From Candidatus Latescibacterota bacterium (GTDB lineage: Bacteria > Latescibacterota > UBA2968 > GCA-2709665), in the NCBI GenBank assembly GCA_965248435.1, contig OZ252100.1, positions 5,056,001-5,120,000 on the forward strand: a DNA stretch of 64,000 bases, in the 5' to 3' direction. A model generated the notes under the pieces. That model was not told the origin of the DNA and made no database searches. It saw only the letters and a list, made by a program, of their open reading frames with translations. The position numbers and the translations under genes are program-made. Positions 37,153 through 47,347 of this stretch are shown here, piece after piece; position 1 is the stretch's first letter; every line of letters begins with the position of its first letter.

Positions 37153-37743
37153 ATGAACAGGCGCAGGCAAGGGTTGGATCCACAGGTTGACGAAGAGTGG
37201 GGAATCGTGTCGGCGGACACCCTCCAGGGTGAGCGCGAGGACACGCGGTCAGTCTTGGCTGGTGTCCAGGTCTTTGAGTCGTTGTCTCCAGAGGAACTCG
37301 GCCTGGTTGACCGGATCGTCCACCGGCGGGTCTACAACCCCATGGAGGTGATCGTCAATCAGGGCGTACCTGGCGTCGGCATGTACATCATAGAAAGCGG
37401 GAGCGCAGAGGTGGTTCTGGATGCAGACGACGGTCGGCGAACACGGCTGGCGACGCTTACCGATGGAAACTTTTTCGGAGAGATGTCTCTGCTGGATGGA
37501 TCCGCTCGAGCTGCCTCAGTCGTCGCCACAGAGAGATCGCAACTTATCGGGTTTTTTCGTGCAGATTTGATGGACCTAATCGCTCGGAGTCCGAGGCTCG
37601 GCTTCAAGATCGTTTCTCACATCACGCAGCTGCTGGCGGAGCGACTGAGGAGCACGGTGAAGGAGTACCGCAGCCTCGAAGCTTCGCTTGGGGATCTTGA
37701 AGTGCACGAACAGGAGGACGAATTGGATCCGAGTCAGGTCTGA
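37153..37743 (+). CDS. Cyclic nucleotide-binding domain protein
   Basis: MYIIESG and FFGEMSLLDGSARAASV; no clear HTH. Confidence 0.85.
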   Translation: MNRRRQGLDPQVDEEWGIVSADTLQGEREDTRSVLAGVQVFESLSPEELGLVDRIVHRRVYNPMEVIVNQGVPGVGMYIIESGSAEVVLDADDGRRTRLATLTDGNFFGEMSLLDGSARAASVVATERSQLIGFFRADLMDLIARSPRLGFKIVSHITQLLAERLRSTVKEYRSLEASLGDLEVHEQEDELDPSQV

Positions 37744-37802
37744 CGTGTTCGTTTATTCGTTCACCCAATAACGGGATAGGTCAAGCTTAATGAAAGAGAG
37801 AG

Positions 37803-38903
37803 TTGTTCGTGGATAAAGAGGCCTGGAAGACGTGGGGCCAGGTGATCCTGCTGGCCTGTGTGCTCTACGTCTTTCTTGTGAGCATTGGTCTGATGGGCGG
37901 GGCCTTCAAGCTGTTTGGTAAGGGATTTGCACAGCAGCTCGTCGCCGCGACTTCCAATCCCTTCGTCGGTCTATTTTCAGGCATCCTGGCCACGACCCTC
38001 GTACAGAGTTCATCCACGACGACGTCGATTACCGTGGGACTCGTGGCCGCTGGGGGCCTCACGATAGAGGGCGCTATCCCCATCGTCATGGGGGCCAACA
38101 TCGGCACGAGCGTCACGAACACGCTCGTTTCCATGGGTCACATCACGCGCCGTGAAGAGTTCAGGAGAGCGCTTGCAGGCGCGACGGTGCACGACTTTTT
38201 TAACTTGATCAGCGTGGTCGTACTGTTTCCCCTCGAGCTCTTCACGGGCTACATGAGAACCGTTTCCAGTTACGTCGCCCAGGGTTTTATCGGGGTCGGC
38301 GGGCTTCAGTTTACCAGTCCAATTAAAACGGCCGTAAAACCGTCCGTGAACCTGCTGATCGGTCTCATGGAAAGTAACGGCACGCTGATCCTCATCGTTT
38401 CCTTGGTGATGATGTATTTGGCCCTCAAATTCCTCGTAGACCTTGCCAGAGGGCTGGTGGTTCAAAAGGCGGAGCGGTTCCTTCACAAGTACATGTTCGG
38501 GGCTCCACTCCTGGCCATGCTGTTTGGAGCGGTGTTGACGGTTCTGGTTCAGAGCAGCTCGATTTCAACCTCGTTGATCATCCCACTCGTGGGAGCGGGC
38601 ATCATTACTCTCGAGCAGATCTTTCCGTATACTCTGGGGGCCAACGTCGGAACGACGGTTACCGCCATGCTGGCGGCCCTCTCTACGGCCAACGTCGCAG
38701 CGATCACGATCGCCTTCGCCCATCTCTTTTTCAATCTGAGTGGCATTGTTCTGGTTTACCCCGTGAGGCTCATCAGAAAGATTCCAATCAAGATGGCCAC
38801 CCTGCTCGCCGAGGTCACGAGCCGCAAAAGGGCACTGGCGGTGGCGTATATCGTGCTGGTTTTCTATATTATTCCTCTGGGCGTCGTTTTTTTGTGGAGG
38901 TAA
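37803..38903 (+). CDS. Na+/Pi cotransporter (NptA/SLC34 family)
   Basis: Twin QSSS motifs; GANIGTSVT / GANVGTTVT; GATVHDFFN. Confidence 0.9.
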   Translation: MFVDKEAWKTWGQVILLACVLYVFLVSIGLMGGAFKLFGKGFAQQLVAATSNPFVGLFSGILATTLVQSSSTTTSITVGLVAAGGLTIEGAIPIVMGANIGTSVTNTLVSMGHITRREEFRRALAGATVHDFFNLISVVVLFPLELFTGYMRTVSSYVAQGFIGVGGLQFTSPIKTAVKPSVNLLIGLMESNGTLILIVSLVMMYLALKFLVDLARGLVVQKAERFLHKYMFGAPLLAMLFGAVLTVLVQSSSISTSLIIPLVGAGIITLEQIFPYTLGANVGTTVTAMLAALSTANVAAITIAFAHLFFNLSGIVLVYPVRLIRKIPIKMATLLAEVTSRKRALAVAYIVLVFYIIPLGVVFLWR

Positions 38904-38910
38904 AAGCGGG

Positions 38911-39564
38911 ATGCTAAGAAGAATCTGGAAGGGTGAAGAGACGAGTGGGCTGATCTATGACGCGCTCGAGGAAGTCTATGCCATGCTGGAGCGCGAGGAG
39001 TCTATGTTCAAGGCCGTTTGCGATCTTCTATTCCTGGGCAAGGAACTTACGGTGGACGTCCTCCTTCAAGACGAAGATATCAACATGGGTGAACGGATGG
39101 TGCGCCGTATGGTATTCGAGCATCTTTCCCTGAATCCGAAACGAGACCTCCCAGCCAGCGTGTCCCTCATCAGCGTCGTCCACGACGCGGAGCGGATCGG
39201 CGATTACACCAAGAGCCTTTTGGAGTTGGTCAAGTGGCGTTCAGAATCGGTTTCCGGACAGAAGTATTGCCCCAGCTGTTCAGAAATCAGGGAGAAGATC
39301 GAGCCGCTGTTTGGAATGACACTCGAAGCATTCAGGGAAGGCGATTCAGAACTGGCGCGGGAGGTGATGCGACGGCACCGAGAGATCAAGACTCAAACAG
39401 ACGTCTACGTCGAATCCATGATGCAGGATCCCGAAGTCGGCCGTGAGGGCATCGTTTTCAGCTTCGCATCGCGTTTTCTGAGGCGAATCAGCGCTCACCT
39501 TTCGAACATCTCATCCAGCATTGCCAATCCGTTTGACCGGATTGGGAAAGACGACGAGCCTTAA
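38911..39564 (+). CDS. PhoU-domain protein
   Basis: DEDIN, DAERIGDY and LRRISAHLSNI; follows the Na/Pi symporter. Confidence 0.8.
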   Translation: MLRRIWKGEETSGLIYDALEEVYAMLEREESMFKAVCDLLFLGKELTVDVLLQDEDINMGERMVRRMVFEHLSLNPKRDLPASVSLISVVHDAERIGDYTKSLLELVKWRSESVSGQKYCPSCSEIREKIEPLFGMTLEAFREGDSELAREVMRRHREIKTQTDVYVESMMQDPEVGREGIVFSFASRFLRRISAHLSNISSSIANPFDRIGKDDEP

Positions 39565-39565
39565 A

Positions 39566-40432
39566 TCAGCGGAGTTCCCCGACTTCATCGGCTTCCAAAA
39601 AGGCCGATACATATTCTGCCTTGGCTTCGCGGGCATCGAGAACAAGACCGTAGAGGGCCCTGAAGGCTGATGTATGCCTTCGGATGCCACGCTTCTCGCT
39701 GCAGAAGTCGACCAGGATATCCTCCAGTACTTCGAGATCGTGCCACTTTCCAAGCGTCTCTTGAAGGACCTTCAGCCTGGAGATCTGTTCCTCTACGTCG
39801 TGGGTTTGAAGGCCTTTCGCGACCTCCAGGATATATCTCAGCCGTTTTGCCGCGATACGCACATTGTGCAGGTCCTTCGGAAGGCGTGTTTTTCGAGCCA
39901 GAGCGGATGCCTCTCGAAATTCCTCTTCTCTGCGGGCCAGTTTCGACGCGATACGCTTGACAACCTTCCCTGTGTCTGGACCGTCCGAGAAGCATTCATC
40001 GAGTAGATCCTCGAGCCGGATTTTCGAATCCCGAAGCTTCAGTCTTTCCAGCCCTTCGCGAAGGTCCGCCTGAATTTCCTCCCGCCTCGATCGCAGATGG
40101 GTCTGCAGGAGCTTTACACCGCGGTCCAGATCGGACGTTGCCTCCTCTTGTTTGCCGTTCCCAATGATCTCTATCACGACGTCCACGTCTCTTGCAAGCG
40201 TCTGAAGGCGGCGGGCCTTGCGGATTTCGCCCAAGACATCCGCCCTGTCGCCCGTCTTCGGCAGGACCACCTGAAGGATTTCCTGAAGACGACGACTCGC
40301 AACACGCATGTCGTGGACCGCGTCGGGGTCATCACCGCGCAGGACGGCATCCAGGGGCGAAAAGAATGCCTGCATCTGGGTCTGCAGCGCCTGCTTCAAC
40401 AGGCTGCTCACCGAGGTCACTTGCTCTGTCAT
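39566..40432 (-). CDS. CHAD domain (polyphosphate-binding) protein
   Basis: VHDMRVASRRL, RDVDV, LHNVRIAAKRLRY and LQETLGKWHD. Confidence 0.9.
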   Translation of the reverse strand: MTEQVTSVSSLLKQALQTQMQAFFSPLDAVLRGDDPDAVHDMRVASRRLQEILQVVLPKTGDRADVLGEIRKARRLQTLARDVDVVIEIIGNGKQEEATSDLDRGVKLLQTHLRSRREEIQADLREGLERLKLRDSKIRLEDLLDECFSDGPDTGKVVKRIASKLARREEEFREASALARKTRLPKDLHNVRIAAKRLRYILEVAKGLQTHDVEEQISRLKVLQETLGKWHDLEVLEDILVDFCSEKRGIRRHTSAFRALYGLVLDAREAKAEYVSAFLEADEVGELR

Positions 40433-40513
40433 GAACTCTATTCGGAAAGAAATCTGGCCAGGTCCCGTCGACCTGGCCTGGTCTGTTTTCAACCGCTGGG
40501 CTGATTCACGATG

Positions 40514-42676
40514 CTATCGGGACTGTTTCGCTTTCGACCGTTGTCCAGCACCTCGATGCGGTCCGTTTGAAGGCGGCCTGACGAGGGATCCGGAAAAGAA
40601 ATCTGGAATTTCGGGATGCTCACCCAGCGCCAGGGCCATCATCGCATCCTGCAGAGAAATAGGAGACTTGCCGTCGGTGAGGGCCAGGCGTCGGTAAGAT
40701 CCGTCAGTCTGAAGTTCCCAGGCCTGGAGGGTATCGGCGGTACAGCCGGAGAGCATTTGCGTTCGGATCTTCCGTTTGAGGTCCGGGTCCTCGACCGGAC
40801 AGAGGACCTCCACCCGCCTCCGCAGGTTTCGGGGCATCCAGTCGGCACTGCCGATGTAGACCTCCGGGTTTCCACCATTCTCGAACGAGTAGATTCGGCT
40901 GTGTTCCAGGTACCGGCCCACGATGCTTCGGACACGGATCCGATCGCTGACACCCGGAATTCCCGGGCGAAGGCAGCAGATTCCGCGTACGGTCAAGTCG
41001 ATGTCCACACCACTCTGGGATGCCTCGTAAAGTGCGCGGATTACGCTCGAATCCTGCAGGGCGTTCATCTTGGCCACAATCCGCGCGGGCCGACCCCCCT
41101 TTGCGTGCCCTATTTCGCGGTGGATCTTGTCCAGGATTCCGTCGAGCATGGTAAAAGGCGCGACGAGAAACTTTCTGATCTGGGGGTCCGGAGACTGCGT
41201 GGTGAGCAGATTAAAGACCTCTGCCACATCGGCGGTGATATCCTCTCGGGCGGTCATCAGTCCGAGATCGGTGTAGAGTCTGGCCGTGACCGGGTTGTAG
41301 TTTCCGGTGCCGATGTGGGCGTAACGCCGAGGGCCGTCGGCGTCATTTCGGATGACCAGAGAGAGTTTGCAGTGGGTTTTCAGTCCGACCACCCCGTAGA
41401 CGACGCAGACCCCCGCATCCTGAAGTCTCTGCGCCCATCGGATGTTGGACGCCTCATCGAATCGGGCCTTCAGTTCCACCACAACGGTCACTTCCTTGCC
41501 GGCTTCCCCGGCATCGGTCAACGCCTCTATGATGGGTGATTCCTCGTTGGTTCGATAGAGCGTCTGTTTGATCGCCAGGACATCGGGATCCTCTGCAGCG
41601 GAAGTCACAAACTGTTCGACCGATTTGAAGGAGTCAAAAGGATGATGCAGAAGGATATCGCGCTGTCGGATCTCTGCAAACAGGGTGTCCATCTCTTCAC
41701 TGAACTTATGTTCGGCCGGCTGGAATGGAGGATATTTCAGGTCTGGCCGGGAGGTGGCGGTGTAGAGCATCATGAGCCGATTCAGGTTTACGGGTCCTTC
41801 CGCGAGGTAGACCTGGTCTTCTCGGAGGTTGTAGATGGCCTTGAGGCGCCGGACGATCGGTTCGGGTGCATTGGCGTCTATCTCGAGCCGGACCGTCGCC
41901 CCTCTCCGCCTCCTTCTGAGCTCGTCTTCGATGGCCGTCAGCAGGTCCTGGGCCTCTTCTTCGTTCAGGTAGAGGTCGCTGTTCCGTGTGATTCGGAAGG
42001 CCGCCGTCGCCAGAATCCGGTATCCCCGGAAGAGTTCGGGGATGTGTGCCCTCACCAGATCGGCCAGGAAGACGTAATCGACACGACGCCCCTCCTCTTC
42101 CCTGGGCAGGCGGATAATCCGGGGAAGGAGGCGCGGGACGGTGACGACCCCGAAGATCGTCTCATTCTCTTTTCCGCGCAGGAGCACGGCCAGACAGAGC
42201 GCCTTGTTCACGACGCGGGGAAAGGGGTGTGCCGGGTTCACGGTAAGCGGGGTCAGGACCGGGTGGAGCTCCTGTTGACAGTAGTCCTGAATGAATTTTC
42301 GCTCGAATTCGGACAGGCTCTCGAGAGACCTGATGTGAACGTCCGCCTCGCGAAGCTCCGAAAGGAGTTCGTCGTTCCAGCAAGCGTACTGGTCCTGCAC
42401 GAGGCGATGCGCCTCTTCTGAGATCGCCTCCAGCTGTTCCTGGGGGAGCATGCCATCGGAGTGAGACTCGGCCAGGCCGGCCTCCGTCTGTTGAAGCAGT
42501 CCGGCGACACGGACCTCGAAAAACTCGTCCAGGTTGTTGGCCGCGATGGCGAGGAACTTGACGCGTTCCAGAAGGGGATTCCGAAGATTCCGGGCCTCCT
42601 GAAGCACACGCTGGTTGAAGCTCAACCAGGAGAGCTCCCTGTTGATGTAGAGCTGGGGGTCTTGAAGATCTTCCAT
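40514..42676 (-). CDS. ppk1: Polyphosphate kinase 1
   Basis: NRELSWLSFNQRVL, HHPFDSF, ELKARFDE, KTHCK, GTGNYN and GRYLEHSR. Confidence 0.97.
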   Translation of the reverse strand: MEDLQDPQLYINRELSWLSFNQRVLQEARNLRNPLLERVKFLAIAANNLDEFFEVRVAGLLQQTEAGLAESHSDGMLPQEQLEAISEEAHRLVQDQYACWNDELLSELREADVHIRSLESLSEFERKFIQDYCQQELHPVLTPLTVNPAHPFPRVVNKALCLAVLLRGKENETIFGVVTVPRLLPRIIRLPREEEGRRVDYVFLADLVRAHIPELFRGYRILATAAFRITRNSDLYLNEEEAQDLLTAIEDELRRRRRGATVRLEIDANAPEPIVRRLKAIYNLREDQVYLAEGPVNLNRLMMLYTATSRPDLKYPPFQPAEHKFSEEMDTLFAEIRQRDILLHHPFDSFKSVEQFVTSAAEDPDVLAIKQTLYRTNEESPIIEALTDAGEAGKEVTVVVELKARFDEASNIRWAQRLQDAGVCVVYGVVGLKTHCKLSLVIRNDADGPRRYAHIGTGNYNPVTARLYTDLGLMTAREDITADVAEVFNLLTTQSPDPQIRKFLVAPFTMLDGILDKIHREIGHAKGGRPARIVAKMNALQDSSVIRALYEASQSGVDIDLTVRGICCLRPGIPGVSDRIRVRSIVGRYLEHSRIYSFENGGNPEVYIGSADWMPRNLRRRVEVLCPVEDPDLKRKIRTQMLSGCTADTLQAWELQTDGSYRRLALTDGKSPISLQDAMMALALGEHPEIPDFFSGSLVRPPSNGPHRGAGQRSKAKQSR

Positions 42677-42820
42677 AAGTGCTTTGCCTTTAAGTGGGAT
42701 CCGTCCGCTGCCACCCCTCGAAAATACTTGGATATGCCCTCCATGTCAATCTCAAACGAACGTATCCGAGAGCAGAATTATTTTCCTAATGTGTTGTAGA
42801 ACATTTATTTATGGGCATAT

Positions 42821-44401
42821 TCAATTCGAAACCTCCGGCTCTACCTGAACATCCAGTCTTCGCCCAAAGACCTTTTGGAATGCGCTGATATGGTTTTGAA
42901 CGCCCCATATCTCCACCTGACAATCATGATCGGCATCTATGGCCAAAAACACAGGTCCGGATTTCTCTTGATGGAATCGTGCGTGGCGGACCAGGCCGGC
43001 GTGCGCCCGGTCCAGGTTTTCGGCGATTCTGAGCAGCACACAGAGAATCTGGACGATTTCCCTTGACCTCTTGTCCAGCTGGGCAAACTGGGGATGTCTC
43101 TTGCGCGGAAAGGCCTTCCGGTGGTAATAGGCCGTGGCCGCGATGATCGAGAGCTCGGTCTGATCGAAACCGAGGAGATCGGCGTTTCTGATCAGGTAAT
43201 AGGTGTGCGCGTGGTGATCGCTGTAGGTGAGAAAGGCACCGATGTCGTGCAGGAGCGCTGAATAGTAGAGAAGCTCGCGCTCCCACGCCCCCAACTTGTG
43301 CATTCCCGAAGCTCGCGAACTGTCGAAAAGCTCCACGGCCAGTCGTGAGGCGGTCTTTCCGTGGGCTTCGTCGAAATTGCACGCACGCCCCAGCTGAATC
43401 ACGCTCTGCTCACGGACCGACATTTCCTCCATAAACGGGGCATGCCCCTCTTTCAAAAGGGTGTCGACCAGAAGGCCATCCCTCAGCCCCCGGTCCGTAA
43501 TGCTGATCTCAGAGAGATCCAACTCATCCATGAGTGTATCCAGGATCGCGGCGCCTCCTATGATGATGTCGGCGCGCTCCGGGTTGAGTCCGGGAACTTC
43601 CCTTCTCTTTTTCAGCGAAAGGGAGCAAAGCCCTTTTACGATCTCACGGAGGTGCGACCGGGAAAGGACATCGTCAGGCTGAAGCCGCCGTTCGTGAAAC
43701 TGCCTTGCCGCGATGTCTGCGAGGTTCTCGATCGTGCCGGAGCTGCCGATCGCGAGATCGATTCGATGCTTTTGCGCCCTCAGGATCGTGGGCAGGGCGT
43801 AGTGGCGTACGTAGCGTCGAATCTTTTCGTACTCTGAGTGGGTCAGTGCCTCCTTTTGAGAATCCAGGAAGAGCGAACTTAGTCTTACCGCACCGAGTTT
43901 CAGGGAGTCCAGATACTGATGTTCACGCTGGCTGCCGACGATGATTTCTGTGCTTCCCCCTCCGATATCGATGAAGAGGGCCTGCTTTTCATCCAGGTGA
44001 ACACCGCTGGCAGCCCCGAGGAATATCAGGCGGGCCTCTTCCTTTCCGGAAACCACGCGAATGTCCAGCTTGGCCTGCTGCCACAGGCGTTCGACGAATT
44101 CGGCCTGGTTTTCCGCCTCGCGCGTCGCGGCGGTGGCGACCGCGGTGATCTCGGTGGCCCCATAAGACCTCGCCAGATCCGCGAATTTCTGGAGTACGAG
44201 CGCGGCCCGGTCCATGGCCCGGGGCTGCAGCTTCTGATCCGCGAATTCGCCCTCCCCGAGCCTGACCGTCTGTTTCAGCTGACTCAAAACCGTGGTAGAG
44301 TGGTTCGGGTTTATGCGGACCAGGAGCAGCCGGATCGAGTTGGTCCCCATGTCGATGAAACCGACGATTCGGCCGGGGTCTGGTGACGGATCTGAGGACA
44401 T
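42821..44401 (-). CDS. ppx: Ppx/GppA exopolyphosphatase with a C-terminal HD domain
   Basis: DMGTNS, ATAATREA, EEAR, DIGGGSTE, RADII, GLRDG and LHDIG. Confidence 0.93.
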   Translation of the reverse strand: MSSDPSPDPGRIVGFIDMGTNSIRLLLVRINPNHSTTVLSQLKQTVRLGEGEFADQKLQPRAMDRAALVLQKFADLARSYGATEITAVATAATREAENQAEFVERLWQQAKLDIRVVSGKEEARLIFLGAASGVHLDEKQALFIDIGGGSTEIIVGSQREHQYLDSLKLGAVRLSSLFLDSQKEALTHSEYEKIRRYVRHYALPTILRAQKHRIDLAIGSSGTIENLADIAARQFHERRLQPDDVLSRSHLREIVKGLCSLSLKKRREVPGLNPERADIIIGGAAILDTLMDELDLSEISITDRGLRDGLLVDTLLKEGHAPFMEEMSVREQSVIQLGRACNFDEAHGKTASRLAVELFDSSRASGMHKLGAWERELLYYSALLHDIGAFLTYSDHHAHTYYLIRNADLLGFDQTELSIIAATAYYHRKAFPRKRHPQFAQLDKRSREIVQILCVLLRIAENLDRAHAGLVRHARFHQEKSGPVFLAIDADHDCQVEIWGVQNHISAFQKVFGRRLDVQVEPEVSN

Positions 44402-44675
44402 CGGATGGTATCCAATTAGCAGGTTCTTAATGGATCTTATTCGTCCAAATAGACGTAGTAACAAAGCAACTCGCTCGCTCGCCTAATTCAATGGCAAATC
44501 CTGTAAATGTCCAGTACTTTTCCTTGTCTATTCAGGGTTGTGATCCGAAAATAGGTTGACGCCACTCTACGCATAAGGCACATTTTCTCGATGTGCTGGA
44601 TGCGTTACAGGGAGGTCAGGCTCGTATGAGAAGGGGATCAGGTCTGGTTTCATCCCACTTTGTTCGGAGGTCGAT

Positions 44676-45644
44676 ATGAAGTTGATGTGGGTGAGCTTTT
44701 GGGGCGTGGTTCTGGTTTGCTCAAGACTGGCAGGACTGGCTGAGGGCGCCGAGGGGAAGTTGAAGGGTCTCATGTTCGGCGACTACTATTACGTCGTCAG
44801 CGGGACAGAGAAAGAGCAGAACGGGTTTCGATTTCGCAGGGTATACCTGACGTATGATCTGAAATGGGACGAGCAGTTCTCCGGCCGTCTTCGACTGGAG
44901 GCAAAGGATGCGGGTTTCGGGAAAAGCGACAAGATGGAACCTTTCGTGAAACACGCCTACCTGTGCTATCACAAGAATGGCCGAGAGGTCTACTTCGGAC
45001 TTGCCGGTACGCCTACGTGGAACGTTTCGGAACGCGTGTGGGGCTATCGCCCAATTTCGAAGACGATTATAGATCTGGCCAAGGCCGGTTCCTCCGCGGA
45101 CATCGGCATCGCCTTCAAGGGGAAGCTGGACGAATCGGGGAAAGTCAACGCTCAGGTCACGCTGGGCAACGGGAGCGGCCAGAGTCCGGAGGTGGATGAG
45201 GGGAAAAAGATCTACGCCTTGTTGCATTTAAAGCCTGCGGGGACGTTCGAGGCGACCGCCTACGCAGACTGGGAGGGCAAAGCTGGAGGGGAAGACCGGA
45301 TCACGTATGCCGGCTTTCTGGGCACATCGGGTAAGAGATTTCACGGGGGGGTTGAAGGTTTTATGCGGACGAACAAGGACCCGGGCGGAGACGTCAAAGT
45401 GAAAGGCATCTCTCTGTTCGGAGCGGGTCGGGTGAGCCCGAAAGCCAAGCTGTTCGGGAGGGTGGATCTTACCGATCCGAGCGACCGGGCCGCGGACGAT
45501 CACGAGATTATGGTCATCGGTGGGGTGGATCTGGTCCCGGCAAAAGACATCCACATTATGCCGAACCTGCTCGCAACATCGTTCCAGGCCGAAGGAGTGG
45601 ACACCGAAGTGATTCCAAGGGTCACGGTCTACTATAAATTCTGA
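44676..45644 (+). CDS. Outer-membrane beta-barrel protein (phosphate-selective porin-like)
   Basis: Signal peptide; FRFRRVYLTY, amphipathic strands and C-terminal YYKF; divergent from ppx. Confidence 0.7.
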   Translation: MKLMWVSFWGVVLVCSRLAGLAEGAEGKLKGLMFGDYYYVVSGTEKEQNGFRFRRVYLTYDLKWDEQFSGRLRLEAKDAGFGKSDKMEPFVKHAYLCYHKNGREVYFGLAGTPTWNVSERVWGYRPISKTIIDLAKAGSSADIGIAFKGKLDESGKVNAQVTLGNGSGQSPEVDEGKKIYALLHLKPAGTFEATAYADWEGKAGGEDRITYAGFLGTSGKRFHGGVEGFMRTNKDPGGDVKVKGISLFGAGRVSPKAKLFGRVDLTDPSDRAADDHEIMVIGGVDLVPAKDIHIMPNLLATSFQAEGVDTEVIPRVTVYYKF

Positions 45645-45864
45645 TGGAATCGATCTTTCACGATCGTCTCCGTTTTGTCCCACGGCTGTAACCTCCTCGG
45701 CCACATTATCATCCTAAGAGAATCGTGAATCGTAGTTGGGTTGATCGAAATTCGTTTCAACGCGTGAATTCTGGTCTTGCGATCTCAAAAAGGTCTTTCT
45801 GTATTGGCAGAAACCCTTACATTTAAACTGCTTGAGCGCTTATCAAGGACTCCAGAGACAGGAA

Positions 45865-46392
45865 ATGATCAAGAGGGAACCCCACCCCCACGACGTCAGG
45901 GCCAGGTTTTGTGAACGCTGCGGGCAGGGGCTTGACGGGAAGTTGATCGAGGGGATCGAACGGGCCTTCTGCCCAGCCTGCGGTTTTGTCGTCTACCGGG
46001 ACCCGAAGGTTGCCTCAGGCACGATCTTCGCCCTGGATGGACGGGTCGTGCTGCTGAAACGAGGCATCGAGCCTTCCATCGGAAAATGGGTGTTCCCCGG
46101 CGGCTACGTGGACCGCGGAGAGCCGGTCCATCTCGCGGCGATACGGGAGACGCGGGAAGAGGTCGGGCTGGATGTCCAGATCGAGGACCTCCTGGGTGTC
46201 TTCTCCTACGAAGGGGTCCCGGTCGTGCTCGTCGTTTACGCCGGCCGTGTGATCGGTGGGGAACTGAAGGGGAACGAGGAGACCCTGGAGGTGCAAAGCT
46301 ATCGCGAGAGCGAGATTCCGTGGACTGAACTGGCATTCCAGAGTACCGAAGACGCGCTCCGGCTGTGGTTGGAACGGAACGGAAAATCGTAG
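45865..46392 (+). CDS. NUDIX hydrolase with an N-terminal zinc ribbon
   Basis: FCERCG...CPACG and Nudix box GGYVDRGEPVHLAAIRETREEVGL. Confidence 0.9.
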   Translation: MIKREPHPHDVRARFCERCGQGLDGKLIEGIERAFCPACGFVVYRDPKVASGTIFALDGRVVLLKRGIEPSIGKWVFPGGYVDRGEPVHLAAIRETREEVGLDVQIEDLLGVFSYEGVPVVLVVYAGRVIGGELKGNEETLEVQSYRESEIPWTELAFQSTEDALRLWLERNGKS

Positions 46393-46400
46393 GCGGACGA

Positions 46401-47345
46401 ATGGACAGAAAGAGAGATATGTTTAAATCGATCGAAGAGGTGGAAACGCAGTTCGCCCGGAACGGCTACATCGCCGATCGCACGCTCGCGACGACGATCT
46501 ACCTGGCGTCCGTGTTGAAGAAGCCGGTGTTTCTGGAGGGGGAGCCCGGGGTCGGGAAGACGGAAGTCGCGAAGGTCATGGCCCAGATCCTGCAGACCGA
46601 CCTGATCCGGCTCCAGTGCTATGAAGGGCTGGATGCCAACACCGCGCTCTACGAGTGGAATTATCCGCGACAGATGCTGGAGCTGCGTCTGGAGGAGGCG
46701 CGCGGAACCGCGAAGGAGGAGATCGGACGCAACATCTTCAGCGAGGACTTCCTTCTCAAGCGGCCGCTCCTGCAAGCCATCCAGAGCGACGGCGCAAACG
46801 TTCCCGTCCTGCTCGTGGACGAAGTCGACCGTACGGATGAGGAGTTCGAGGCCTTCCTCCTGGAGGTCCTCTCCGATTTTCAGATCACGATCCCCGAGAT
46901 CGGGACGATCCGGTCGAAGTCGATCCCGTTCGTCGTACTGACCTCCAACCGGACCCGCGAGCTCCACGATGCGCTCAAGCGGCGATGTCTTTACCTCTGG
47001 ATCGACTATCCAACGTTCGAGAAGGAGCTGAGGATCATCAAGACGCGTGTTTCAGGAATCGGGGAGGGACTTGCCCACGAGGTCTGCGGGTTTATGCAGC
47101 TCATGCGCACCCGGGACTTCTACAAGCGACCGGGAATCGCGGAGACGATCGACTGGGGGCTTGCCCTGATGTCGCTCGATGTCGAAGACCTGGATTCCGA
47201 GACTGTGGACGCCACACTGGGGTGCATCCTGAAGTATAAAGAGGATATCCAAAAGCTCCAGGAGGACGGCCTGCCACAGATCCTGGAGCGGGCCCGGATG
47301 ATGAAGGCAGGGAGGGCTGCCCAACCCAAGGCGGTCAAGGTCTAG
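46401..47345 (+). CDS. MoxR family AAA+ ATPase (CoxD-like)
   Basis: EGEPGVGKT, RLQCYEGLD, LVDEVD and TSNRTRELHDALKRRC. Confidence 0.9.
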   Translation: MDRKRDMFKSIEEVETQFARNGYIADRTLATTIYLASVLKKPVFLEGEPGVGKTEVAKVMAQILQTDLIRLQCYEGLDANTALYEWNYPRQMLELRLEEARGTAKEEIGRNIFSEDFLLKRPLLQAIQSDGANVPVLLVDEVDRTDEEFEAFLLEVLSDFQITIPEIGTIRSKSIPFVVLTSNRTRELHDALKRRCLYLWIDYPTFEKELRIIKTRVSGIGEGLAHEVCGFMQLMRTRDFYKRPGIAETIDWGLALMSLDVEDLDSETVDATLGCILKYKEDIQKLQEDGLPQILERARMMKAGRAAQPKAVKV

Positions 47346-47347
47346 CC

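Noticed and set aside
44465-44675. Pho box between ppx and the porin
   Set aside because: No convincing 11-bp-phased CTGTCAT-like repeats
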